In this document: positions 37,825 to 48,915 of the stretch, piece by piece
Numbering within the stretch: the first letter of the stretch is position 1
How the letters are laid out: each line of letters opens with the position of its first letter
Origin: Laetmonice hystrix
Lineage: Eukaryota
Assembly: GCA_965235115.1 (NCBI GenBank)
Contig: OZ249442.1
Coordinates: 26,970,001 to 27,034,000 of the forward strand
Reading direction: 5' to 3'
Length of the DNA stretch: 64,000 bases
The notes under the pieces: model-generated
Databases searched by the model: none
Told to the model about the DNA's origin: nothing
The model's input: only the letters and a program-made list of their open reading frames with translations
Made by a program: the position numbers and the translations under genes

Positions 37825-38287
37825 TGTCTATTTTTAGCGTTTAGGTACAATGAATGCGATTTTAATCTGATGAGATCTTGCTGACAATCTGCAGTACGTC
37901 ATACTGATGACGTCAATGAATCATTAATATCATCATGGGTAATTAACAGGTCACACCACACACTTCTAACACTATCAGACTAATTAGGAAGGATTGTATA
38001 CACGTTCTCGTATACATTCAGACTCATTACTTTCGCTGCAGTATAAAAAAGTAAAGCATTAGATCCCAGTGGGAAATTAAACTTCATTTCTTTCTACATT
38101 ATGTTGGTATTATAAATGATTTTTATATAATTAAACGCTATGATAAATGTAAAACATTGTCCACAAACAGAAGGCAGCTTACCGCTATCATCCATACAGT
38201 ATGGCTGCTACTGAGGTTTTTTTTACCAACTTATTATATACAGATATGCGGCAGATGACGCTCGTGCAGTAATGCTATAGATGTGAA

Positions 38288-38412
38288 CTGGGCCCGGTTT
38301 CTCGAACATACTTAAGTTTCACTCGTCTATTCAACTCTTGTATATTATGCCTTAGCTGAGTAGATTTGAGTGAAACTTAGACTTAAGTATGTTATAGAGA
38401 AACCGGGCCCTG
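38288..38412. mobile_element. Short MITE (125 bp)
   Basis: TIRs CTGGGCCCGGTTTCTCGAACATACTTAAGT / ACTTAAGTATGTTATAGAGAAACCGGGCCCTG; superfamily not assignable. Confidence 0.75.
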
Positions 38413-39767
38413 ATATGATAAAATCGCCTATCGCACCATCACTTGGCTCTGTCGTCATATTGTACATGCATGGAAGAATAAGGCGTCTCTATATACCCAC
38501 ATTGTAAAAAAACAGCTGCGTATTTTTACAGTTAATTTCACTGGCGTCCCAGCTGCCAGTTATAATAAATGTAATTAAACAGACAAAATACGTAAATTTG
38601 ACAGAAACATTTGTAATTTTATGGCATTTTTATTTGTGTCTGTAAAGATTACTGCGTTATTTTACAGATAACTCTACTGTAAAATAAATTTACACCAAAT
38701 AAATCTGTAAATTTTGTCTGTTATTCTACGAATATTTTTTACAGTGCACCCCCTTTGTACATATGGCATCCGGATGTATATCGTATAGATAAAGTTGATA
38801 CAAAAGCTGTGTTAGAGTTCAACTATTCGCTCTCAGCGGGCCGCATGAAGTGATTGGTTGTTTCTAGATGTCACCTCTGAAAATTAAATGTCGTTCTAAT
38901 CAAGTTGTAATAATTGGAAATCGAAATGTACAGGTATATCAGTTCTGGAAATCTGTGTCAAGTCTTCCGAAAGTCCTTGTCTCACTGGGGCATTGATCGC
39001 TGATTTCAGTCGGATTTTGACATGCACTGTCAGGGCGAATGTAATACTTTGACGTATTGCGATAACGCTCTGATGCAAACTTCGTATCTTTTACATCTCA
39101 GAATTACTAGCGCCATACTGACGCTTCTATTTCTACAGCGCACAACGGTCAAGTTGAAACATGTCATGGCTGTATATTTGAGTTGGGTCAACTCCCTTCA
39201 CATTATAGGTTATCTATCGATAAGCTACTTTAAATTTAACCTAGATACGCATCTTTACGAGGATTCGATTGATAGGAAGGAAGCGTAAATTGGGGTATAC
39301 GGGGCGGGGAGCTGGCGGGACAAATTAAAACAAACACTAGACTCAGCGAGGTAAAATTTAGGTCCGTTTCTATATAGCTAGCACCGTTTTCATCTACATA
39401 ACTGCTTGTCTAGGGGTTAGAGAAAAGGTTGTAAGATTCAGAATGCACGACCATAGATAGAGATAGAAGCGTATTATAATAGATCTATATCTAGATGTGT
39501 TCGGATTACCGGACACATCTAGACCCTCAACATTCTCGCTATTCGTGGGATCTGTGCACACGTTTTCAGAACTAAACAAGGAATTCATGTGGCTTACAAG
39601 AGCAGCGTGAATTTAGGATCCGGTTATTGCCAGTTGCCGCTTCAAATTTCCTGGCTCCGATTTAGATTTTTAGGATCCGATTCGGTTTATGAGAGAAATT
39701 GCCAGGCAACAACCTATTTGTGTACTGCCCATGCCCTTATTCCGGCTATATATATACGTCCGAACGG

Positions 39768-41308
39768 CTAGTGGCATTCATATAGGGCTTCTGTACAATT
39801 ACTTTAGTCCCGAACACATGGTTCTACAAAGGGTTGATCTAGTGGCATACATATAGGGCTTCTGTACAATTACTTTAGTCCCGAACACATGGTTCTACAA
39901 AGGGTTGATCTAGTGGCATACATATAGGGCTTCTGTACAATTACTTTAGTCCCGAACACATGGTTCTACACGGGGTTGATCTAGTGGCATTCATATAGAG
40001 CTTAGAATCTGTACAATTACTTTAGTCCCGAACACATGGTTCTACAAACGGTTGATCTAGTGGCATGCATATAGGGATTCTGTACAATTACTTTAGTCCA
40101 GAACACATGGTTCGACAAAGGGTTGATCTAGTGGCATGCATATAGGGCTTCTGTACAATTACTTAAGTCCCGAACACACGGTTCTTCACGGGGTTGATCT
40201 AGTGGCATGCTTATAGGGCTTCTGTACAATTACTTTAGTCCCGAACACATGGTTCTACACGGGGTTGATCTAGTGGCATTCATATAGGGATTCTGTACAA
40301 TTACTTTGGTCCCGAACACATGGTTCTATAAAGGGTTGATCTAGTGGCATTCATATAGGGATTCTGTACAATTACTTTGGTCCCGAACACATGGTTCTAT
40401 AAAGGGTTGATCTAGTGGCATTCATATAGAGCCGAACACATGGTTCTACAAACGGTTGATCTAGTGGCATACATATAGGGCTTCTGTACAATTACTTTAG
40501 TCCCGAACACATGGTTCTACAAACGGTTGATCTAGTGGCATGTATACAGGGCATCTGTACAATTACTTTAGTCCCGAACACATGGTTCTACAAACGGTTG
40601 ATCTAGTGGCATGCATATAGGGCTTCTGTACAATTACTTTAGTCCCGAACACATGGTTCTACAAACGGTTGATCTAGTGACATGCATATAGGGATTCTGT
40701 ACAATTACTTTAGTCCCGAACACATGGTTCTACAAACGGTTGATCTAGTGGCATGCTTATAGGGCTTCTGTACAATTACTTTAGTCCCGAACACATGGTT
40801 CTACACGGGGTTGATCTAGTGGCATTCATATAGGGATTCTGTACAATTACTTTAGTCCCGAACACATGGTTCTACACGGGGTTGATCTAGTGGCATTCAT
40901 ATAGGGCTTCTGTACAATTACTTTAGTCCCGAACACATGGTTCTACAAACGGTTGATCTAGTGGCATACATATAGGGCTTCTGTACAATTACTTTAGTCC
41001 CGAACACATGGTTCTACAAACGGTTGATCTAGTGGCATGCATATAGGGATTCTGTACAATTACGTTAGTCCCGAACACATGGTTCTACAAACGGTTGATC
41101 TAGTGGCATGCATATAGGGATTCTGTACAATTACTTTAGTCCCGAACACATGGTTCTACACGGGGTTGATCTAGTGGCATTCATATAGGGATTCTGTACA
41201 ATTACTTTAGTCCCGAACACATGGTTCTACAATGGGTTGATCTAGTGGCATACATATAGGGCTTCTGTACAATTACTTTGGTCTCGAACACACGGTTCTA
41301 CAAAAGGG
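39768..41308. repeat. Minisatellite, 71-bp unit x~21
   Basis: CTAGTGGCATNCATATAGGG(C/A)TTCTGTACAATTACTTTAGTCCCGAACACATGGTTCTACAAA(C/G)GGTTGAT; one deleted unit near 40430. Confidence 0.98.
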
Positions 41309-42816
41309 CCATGAAGAAGTCACGATTCACATTGTCTAGATAATGTAAATATGATATTACAGAAAACCATAACACTGCTGATTAACTCTGTAAGAAATGA
41401 ACATTATAAGGTTAAGTACGGGTTTACCCCTCCGCAAATATAGCCACATGTCCTAGGGTCACACAACTCAGCATCTATCTATAGCTGATTGTGCTGAGAA
41501 ATTACAGAATTGTGTAGAAAGAAGTTATAGAAAACCATGTTGAGCTGACCTCGATAATATCAGGCGTAGAGAAATCCCTCGCCCGACCGAAAAGGTGGTC
41601 GATTGGCAAGCCATCGCACGTTCGTGGCTCCCTAACCTCGTAACAAAAGCAACCCAGAAACTTGCAATCGATACAAGACTTGATGGATGCAAACGTAATT
41701 TTACTCAGTGTGGCTGGGCATCGCGAACCGTTCTATACATTGAGGTCTAATGAAGCAAATGGTCAAGGGATGCCAAGGCCAACTCACAGATAGCATCTCC
41801 CGCAGGTCGAGGTCTGCAAGTCTACACAACATCGCCATTATAGTGTGTGGGTTTAACATCAGAGGAAGGTTGGAGGGGGTTGTCCGCACTTCTCTACGAT
41901 ATTCCTTAGTTTCTTATAAACTTCAATTGTTGAAAGAGACATAGCCAGGCGAAATCATGTTAATAAATATTACATTCCAAAAATAGTGCATTGCTTATAT
42001 AAATAATGTACGTACGGCTTAGTATACGTAAAGCCTTTAATTGCTTTACGCAACGAAACCTTTCGACATTAAATCTGTCTGATCGGAGTATTTTCTCTAT
42101 GAAGGATGTAGAAGAAAACTAATCATATATCGTATCAGATTGAAGCTAACACGGATATAACAAAATCTTCCCTTCCTAGGTCTGCATGCAGGATGGTGAG
42201 AACGAGAGAACATGCCTTCAATACAATAAGATCTAAGGTGTACGATACAAAGGCAATAGGAATGTCGGAGTCTAATAAGACGAATGTCATGTTGAGAAAG
42301 ACCAGATCAAACAGTGTCCCGATCAATGTCACAGGTTTAATGAGCGAAGGACGTTCAAAAACCCAATATAAAATGTCTGCGCTTTCAATAGTTACTTAAT
42401 TAGTTTTCATTATTAACCCCATGTCCTTGTTCATACTATCAGACAGACACACTGAAGGGTAGCCCATGTCAGTATTTCTACACCTGTCACCAAGGTATAG
42501 GGCTGTTGAATGGGGAAGGGGGGGTCTTTTTGTCTGAGGCTCTCCTCCTATCGGTTCTTTAAAACCCTCCCCCTCCCGCTTAATACTTTAAGAAGATCAT
42601 CGAATAATGATAATTATGTAAAAGCGCAGTCATGACCGACAACTGTCTATAGGTGCCCTGTGCCCCCCCCCCCGCCCCAAAATACCAAAAATAATTAAAA
42701 AAGGGCACGGTTCGCTAAGCTTGTCGACGACGTAAAGGGCTAGTATGATAAGCCGGACCTGCGCAATGGTGCCCTGTAGCAAAAAATAAAAATGAAATAA
42801 TACTGCAGGAACATAG

Positions 42817-43088
42817 AGGTCCTACATGCACATGAATAATATTGCATGAATATACAATATAGGCCCTACATGCACATGAATAATATTGCATGAACATACA
42901 ATATAGGCCCTACATGCACATGAATAATATTGCATGAATAAACAATATATATAGGCCCTACATGCACATGAATAATATTGCACGAACATACAATATAGGT
43001 CCTACATGTACATGAATAATATTGCATGAACATACAATATAGGCCCTAGGCCTACATAGAGGTCTATACATGAATAATATTGCATGAA
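42817..43088. repeat. Minisatellite, ~44-bp AT-rich unit x6
   Basis: GGCCCTACATGCACATGAATAATATTGCATGAATATACAATATA. Confidence 0.95.
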
Positions 43089-43154
43089 CAGCGCCTCCAT
43101 AAAATCCCGGCGTACACATAGCGACTGTTCAGTCGGCCGACTATCTCCAACTAA

Positions 43155-43929
43155 AGGCCCGGCCACACAGAGCCGACTACCCCCGACCCGATGGTCTGGG
43201 GGAGTCGAGTCGGGGGTCGTCGGCCCTGTCTGGCATGGTCAGTCGGCCGTAGTCGGGTGTTTTTCACCGACTGACCAGTCCGGTCGTTCATCTTGTCCTG
43301 CACAAGATGAGCGACCAAACGGTTTGGTCTGGTCGGGCCTAGTCGGGCCTGTGTGGCATACCTACCAACCAGACTCAACAGTCGGGCTGCTTTAAGGCCC
43401 GGCCACACAGAGCCGACTACCCCCAACCCGATGATCGGAGGCCCGGGGGTCCAAATCGGCCAACTACTCAGTCAGTCTGATATATGCCCAACCATGCCAC
43501 ACTGAATGCGATCCGAAAGTCGGGAGTGGGATGCCACACTAGCTACACCACTCGTGACCAGTATATACTATTGTAACTATTCATTCCCCTAGCGGTAGTT
43601 CCCACTCCGCCATGTTGTTTGTGTTGTCCCGCTCGCGGGGTATCTTGGGAGTAGCGTTTGTATGGTGCGCGCTGTGATTGGCTGGTAAGCAGTCCGACTG
43701 TTGAGTCTGGTCGGTAGTATAGGTATGCCACACAGGCCCGACTAGGCCCGACCAGACCAAACCGTTTGGTCGCTCATCTTGTGCAGGACAAGATGAACGA
43801 CCGGACTGGTCAGTCGGTGAAAAACACCCGACTACGGCCGACTGACCATGCCAGACAGGGCCGACTACCCCCGACTCGACTCCCCCAGACCATCGGGTCG
43901 GGTGTAGTCGGCTCTGTGTGGCCGGGCCT
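43155..43929. mobile_element. PIF/Harbinger-like foldback MITE (775 bp), TAA TSD
   Basis: TAA|AGGCCCGGCCACACAGAGCCGACTAC ... GTAGTCGGCTCTGTGTGGCCGGGCCT|TAA; ~235-bp near-perfect inverted arms (43155-43390 vs 43690-43929) with many CCGAC/GTCGG subterminal motifs. Confidence 0.85.
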
Positions 43930-44319
43930 TAAGAGTCCGTGGGTGTAAAGTAGTTGGTCGACAGATGACCTAGTTATTTACCTGCATGTACTTATAGGTT
44001 AGAATTATCTATAACATGGATTTTATTGGCTGGAAATCTAGGCCAAGGTCACTAAGTAGTTCTGTTTATTCATGGGTGGCCTACTCAGATCGTTTTCAAG
44101 TGCAGAGTAAACAGCTGACTGAACTAGCCTGATCTATGCACGGTCGCCTGTGTTTACTGAGTCATTGGTATTCGTCTGCCGGTCTGGAAACTCGTGCCAA
44201 CACGCATGTTCAGTGAAGACAAACATTGCACATTTCTGCTGGGGGACGAACACGAAGTGCACGGTTCAGCAAACTTGTCGACGACGAAACGGGCAGTTTG
44301 GATAAGCCAGACTTACACA

Positions 44320-45168
44320 ATGGCGACAGAATGTGACACCAAGCATGGTGGAAAATGGAGGTTGTTTGAGGGCAGTTCGCACGCCGAGCTCTACCAGAAA
44401 TATCGCCCGACCTACCCGAGCTCTGTGGTGGATACCATCCTCAAGTTCTGTGACGAAGGCGGCTGTGGTCGAGACCTGGCGGTCGACGTAGCCTGTGGTA
44501 GCGGGCAGAGCACGTGGCCGTTAGTGGGCCACTTTAAACGTGTCATCGGTATTGACATCAGTGAGGCACAGATACACAAGGCCAGGAACGCCGACCAGAA
44601 ACTAGCGTCCGTGGATTTTCACGCGGGAAGTGCCGAAGATTTATCGTTCCTTCAAGACAACAGTGTTGATCTCATCACGTGTGCACAGGGCTTTCACTGG
44701 CTGGATCATGACATCTTTTACCCCCAAACAAGGAGAGCTCTGAAAGCGACCGGCGTTCTGGCTGTGTATGGCTATGGTCACCAGTCTGCCCACTCACCCG
44801 GCGCAGACGAACTCGTCCAACAGTTCTATGACGGTCCGCTAGGGCCTCACTGGACGCCCCACCGACGCCATCTTGAAAATCGGTACTCCGATTTCCACAT
44901 GCCACTGGCGGACTTCACGAGAGTAGATACTCAGGTTATTGAACGTGAAATGCCTTTATCAGCATATATCGGCTACCTCGGCACCAGATCTGCCTATAAT
45001 ACATTGATAAAATCTAACCCTGACTCTCCTGCCCTTGGTGACTTACACAAAAACATCATGCAGACGGTGAACAGAGAACGCGCTTCATCTGACGACGACC
45101 CCATCATGAAGGTCACCTGGCCCGTCTTTATATTACTGGCGCGAAATGATGTCGCTGAAGGAGATTAA
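44320..45168 (+). CDS. Class I SAM-dependent methyltransferase (Methyltransf_11-like; DDB_G0268948/Crg1-Tmt1-like), 282 aa, intronless CDS
   Basis: Motifs HAELYQKYRPTYP, motif I AVDVACGSGQST, VIGIDISEAQ, SVDLITCAQGFHWLD, LKATGVLAVYGY; ATG in ACAATGG context; AATAAA at 45263-45268. Confidence 0.93.
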   Translation: MATECDTKHGGKWRLFEGSSHAELYQKYRPTYPSSVVDTILKFCDEGGCGRDLAVDVACGSGQSTWPLVGHFKRVIGIDISEAQIHKARNADQKLASVDFHAGSAEDLSFLQDNSVDLITCAQGFHWLDHDIFYPQTRRALKATGVLAVYGYGHQSAHSPGADELVQQFYDGPLGPHWTPHRRHLENRYSDFHMPLADFTRVDTQVIEREMPLSAYIGYLGTRSAYNTLIKSNPDSPALGDLHKNIMQTVNRERASSDDDPIMKVTWPVFILLARNDVAEGD

Positions 45169-46384
45169 GACATGATTCAGGACAATTAGGATAGGCATAT
45201 AGCACAGAGGCCTAGGCCTACTACTTAGACCCGCCCCCCTCCAGTCGGCTTGGCCTACTTCTAATAAAAAGTTCTGTTAGATCTACACTTATTTCTGTTC
45301 AATTATTTCTGTTAATCAATTACAATGCAGGTGTCAGGTGTCACCATGCACATTTGGTGAAATTGACTCTCAGGAATGGTTGTCCCAAGAGCAATATGCT
45401 CACAAACGATAAATATCTTGTCAATGATAATAGTTTGTCAAACACGCACATTAGTATTCACCATGCATGCTTCGGGCAATATGGGCTTACAAGTTCGAAA
45501 ATATATAGCTATAGCTTCAACTTAAAAAATAAATTCTGACAGAAAAAGTGCTCGCAAATAACTTATGTTATTGAAAAATCAACAGCGTTTCACATAAAAA
45601 TTGGGAGAATTATGCTATCATAATATTTTCATTCTACAGTGCCTAGGCCTATAATATATTATCCGACCTTACCCTATTAGTGATTACAATTAGAGATTTT
45701 TGTATTGTAGGCCTAAATGTTATTGAGGTTGGTGGTCACATTAACAACTTACCCCAAATTTAACCACAGGAACCTGCATGTAGACCTAGACCTACGACCG
45801 GAATGTTTGGTATAGGAGGATTGATATCTTTGTAAGAACTGAACCTTTTCCATGAGCGCAGTCATGATGGCATTACCTTGCCTTTCGTGAACGCTTCATG
45901 ACAGCAAAGCTCAGAATCCTCATGCCTGTCATCCAGCCAAGGGCTGCTCACGAACACCAAGCACGTGGCCTCTAAACCTCCTTGAAGGCTTTACATCATT
46001 TGTTCATTCCAGTGTGAAGTTAACTTTTATAGGTTACATGTACCGTGTAGATCTACAAGTGGTGGATTATGCAACAACAGTCAACAAGAGAAATCACAAT
46101 CAGGAAGTAGGTCTCTCAAGTTGACTTAGAGTGGAATTTATGGCCTAGACTTCTGATCCAGCTATAGGTTCAAGCCCTAACATTGACCATATTTGATTGG
46201 GGCACTGACTCGGGATATTGACGCTCCCGGCGGTATGGGAATCACGGGGTGTTGTACCAGTGTGCTTCATGCCTGTTGTAAGGGACCCCTAAACCTTGGA
46301 CTGTACCCACGGAGTGTGACAGCCCAGTTGTGGGGAGGCCGTGCGCTCGGCAAACAGCAGATTCTGTTCAGCCTGGTTCGGAAC

Positions 46385-47248
46385 ATGGCGACCGGCAGTC
46401 GGAGCGAGGACACGGGAGGTGAACGTGGCGATAAAGGCGGGAAATGGAGGCTGTTTGAACGGACCTCACACGCCGAGCTCTACCAGAAATATCGCCCGAC
46501 CTACCCGAGCTCTGTGGTGGATACCATCCTCAAGTTTTGTGACGAAGGCGGCTGTGGTCGAGACCTGGCGGTCGACGTAGCCTGTGGTAGCGGGCAGAGC
46601 ACGTGGCCGTTAGTGGGCCACTTTAAACGTGTCATCGGTATTGACATCAGTGAGGCACAGCTTGGAGAAGCTCGCAGGCATCTGGCTTCCAACAGCGCCG
46701 TGAATAATGTGGAATTCTCGGCAGGCAGGGCTGAGGACCTTGGCTTCCTGCAGGACAACAGCGTTGACTTGATAACATGCGCACAGGCGCTCCATTGGTT
46801 CGACCTTGACACATTCTATGCCGAGGCCAGAAGGGTCCTCAAACCAAAAGGGGTCATAGCCCCATATGGATACGGAAACCAGATTTTGGAATTGAACGAG
46901 GCCAACGAACTTGTTTGTGATTTCTACAACAGAAGGCTACATGGCTACTGGTCGCCACAACGTCGCCATGTTGAACGTCACTACAGCGACTTCGACCTCC
47001 CATTTGCAGACTTCACCCGAGTTAGCGGACAGGCCATTGAGCGTACCATGCCACTGATGGCTTTGAAAGGTTACCTGAGCTCTTGGTCAGCCTACAGGGC
47101 CCTCCTTGATAAACACCCGCAATGCTCAGCTTTGGAAGATTTACACAAAGACTTATTGGAGGTTTATAGCCAGGGAGACTTATCAAACGATGACCCAGTT
47201 ATTAATGTCAAGTGGCCTATCTTTATACTTCTGGCAAGGAATAAGTAG
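46385..47248 (+). CDS. Class I SAM-dependent methyltransferase, paralogue 2 (287 aa from 46385; 337 aa if the AUG at 46235 is used)
   Basis: Same motifs (DVACGSGQ, DISEAQ, SVDLITCAQALHWFD, LKPKGVIAPYGY); aligns along its length with 44320-45168; AATAAA at 47726-47731. Confidence 0.93.
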   Translation: MATGSRSEDTGGERGDKGGKWRLFERTSHAELYQKYRPTYPSSVVDTILKFCDEGGCGRDLAVDVACGSGQSTWPLVGHFKRVIGIDISEAQLGEARRHLASNSAVNNVEFSAGRAEDLGFLQDNSVDLITCAQALHWFDLDTFYAEARRVLKPKGVIAPYGYGNQILELNEANELVCDFYNRRLHGYWSPQRRHVERHYSDFDLPFADFTRVSGQAIERTMPLMALKGYLSSWSAYRALLDKHPQCSALEDLHKDLLEVYSQGDLSNDDPVINVKWPIFILLARNK

Positions 47249-47254
47249 GTCTAA

Positions 47255-47683
47255 TACACATTGTAAAGTCGAGGAGAAGTTATTTGACATAGCTACACAT
47301 TGTAAAGTCGAGGAGAAGTTATCAGACATAGCTACACATTGTAAAGTCGAGGAGAAGTTATCAGACATAGCTACACATTGTAAAGTCGAGGAGAGTTATC
47401 AGACATAGCTATACATTGTAAAGTCGAGGAGAAGTTATCAGACATAGCTATACATTGTAAAGTCGAGGAGAAGTTATCAGACATAGCTACACATTGTAAA
47501 GTCGAGGAGAAGTTATCAGACATAGCTACACATTGTAAAGTCGAGGAGAAGTTATCAGACATAGCTACACATTGTAAAGTCGAGGAGAAGTTATCAGACA
47601 TAGCTACACATTGTAAAGTCGAGGAGAAGTTATCAGACATAGCTACACATTGTAAAGTCGAGGAGAAGTTATCAGACATAGCT
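47255..47683. repeat. Minisatellite, 39-bp unit x11, in the predicted 3'UTR of methyltransferase 2
   Basis: ACACATTGTAAAGTCGAGGAGAAGTTATCAGACATAGCT begins 7 nt after the stop codon. Confidence 0.97.
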
Positions 47684-47952
47684 GGACAATGAAAGTTGAT
47701 GATGTATGCTCGGGTGTGATGAAACAATAAACTATGTTTGCTCGTACTTGACCATCTTGACTGACTGACTTGATAACATCAATACCTATATATGATATCC
47801 CTTATCTCAGTATGGCTATTTAGATGATAAGATTCATCCCTTGCCCCCAAACCTGAATTGTTATAGGCCTATAGTATCATTTGGAGTATGGTGTAGATAA
47901 TAAACTCTGCCAGAAAGGCAAGCCCTAATATTATTTCCGACGGACACTGGTA

Positions 47953-48227
47953 GGGTAGGGGTAGGGTATTTGGGGTTTTACGCCTTGCAACAGCCAGGGT
48001 CATATCACGGCGGTGAAGATGATGATGATGAAAGTCAGTTTTTCTTGGTGGAGGAAACCGGAGTGCCCGGAGGAAACCACCGACCTTCGGGAAGGAACTG
48101 ACTGACAAACCTTTCACACATGCAGCCCTGGCCGGGGATCGAACCCGGACCGCAGCGGTGTGAGGCGATGGTCCTAGGTGTCATGAGCCAGCACCTTTGA
48201 CCACTCGGCCACCCGAGGCCCCCCCGG
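47953..48227 (-). mobile_element. Full-length tRNA-derived SINE with 15-bp TSD
   Basis: Minus strand: A box TGGCCGAGTGG, B box GGTTCGATCCC, central GGTTTCCTCCGGGCACTCCGGTTTCCTCC (resembles the V-SINE-type conserved core), (TACCC)n tail; TSD CGACGGACACTGGTA at 47938-47952 and 48228-48242. Confidence 0.9.
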
Positions 48228-48408
48228 CGACGGACACTGGTACCAAGTAGCCTACATACCAACCTGAATTTCCATAACGGATTGGCGCCTGTTACCGTCG
48301 CTAAAGCCTGATGACTTTTCCGTCAGTTCTAACAGTAATTGACCCAAATGGAGAAGACGTAGAAGATTTATCATTGTTAAGAGGAATAGTTTAGGCTAAG
48401 AGGATAAC

Positions 48409-48915
48409 GCTAAATCTGGTCTGACAGCAGGTGCATGACTATTGGCAACAGTTTGCTAAATCCTGGTCTGACAGCAGGTGCATGACTATTGGCAACAGTT
48501 TGCTAAATCTGGTCTGACAGCAGGTGCATGACTATTGGCAACAGTTTGCTAAATCTGGTCTGACAGCAGGTGCATGACTATTGGCAACAGTTTGCTAAAT
48601 CTGGTCTGACAGCAGGTGCATGACTATTGGCAACAGTTTGCTAAATCTGGTCTGACAGCAGGTGCATGACTATTGGCAACAGTTTGCTAAATCTGGTCTG
48701 ACAGCAGGTGCATGACTATTGGCAACAGTTTGCTAAATCTGGTCTGACAGCAGGTGCATGACTATTGGCAACAGTTTGCTAAATCTGGTCTGACAGCAGG
48801 TGCATGACTATTGGCAACAGTTTGCTAAATCTGGTCTGACAGCAGGTGCATGACTATTGGCAACAGTTTGCTAAATCTGGTCTGACAGCAGGTGCATGAC
48901 TATTGGCAACAGTTT
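48409..48915. repeat. Minisatellite, 46-bp unit x11 (nearly homogeneous)
   Basis: GCTAAATCTGGTCTGACAGCAGGTGCATGACTATTGGCAACAGTTT. Confidence 0.98.

Noticed and set aside
44194-44319. N-terminal 42-codon extension of methyltransferase 1 in the ORF track
   Set aside because: GTG start or weak-context ATG (44206), acidic non-homologous sequence; paralogue alignment supports ATG 44320.
5380-48330. CTGATGA motifs as possible hammerhead ribozymes (about 5394, 7134, 37866, 37904, 48308)
   Set aside because: No stem II plus GAAA plus stem III topology could be built at any site.
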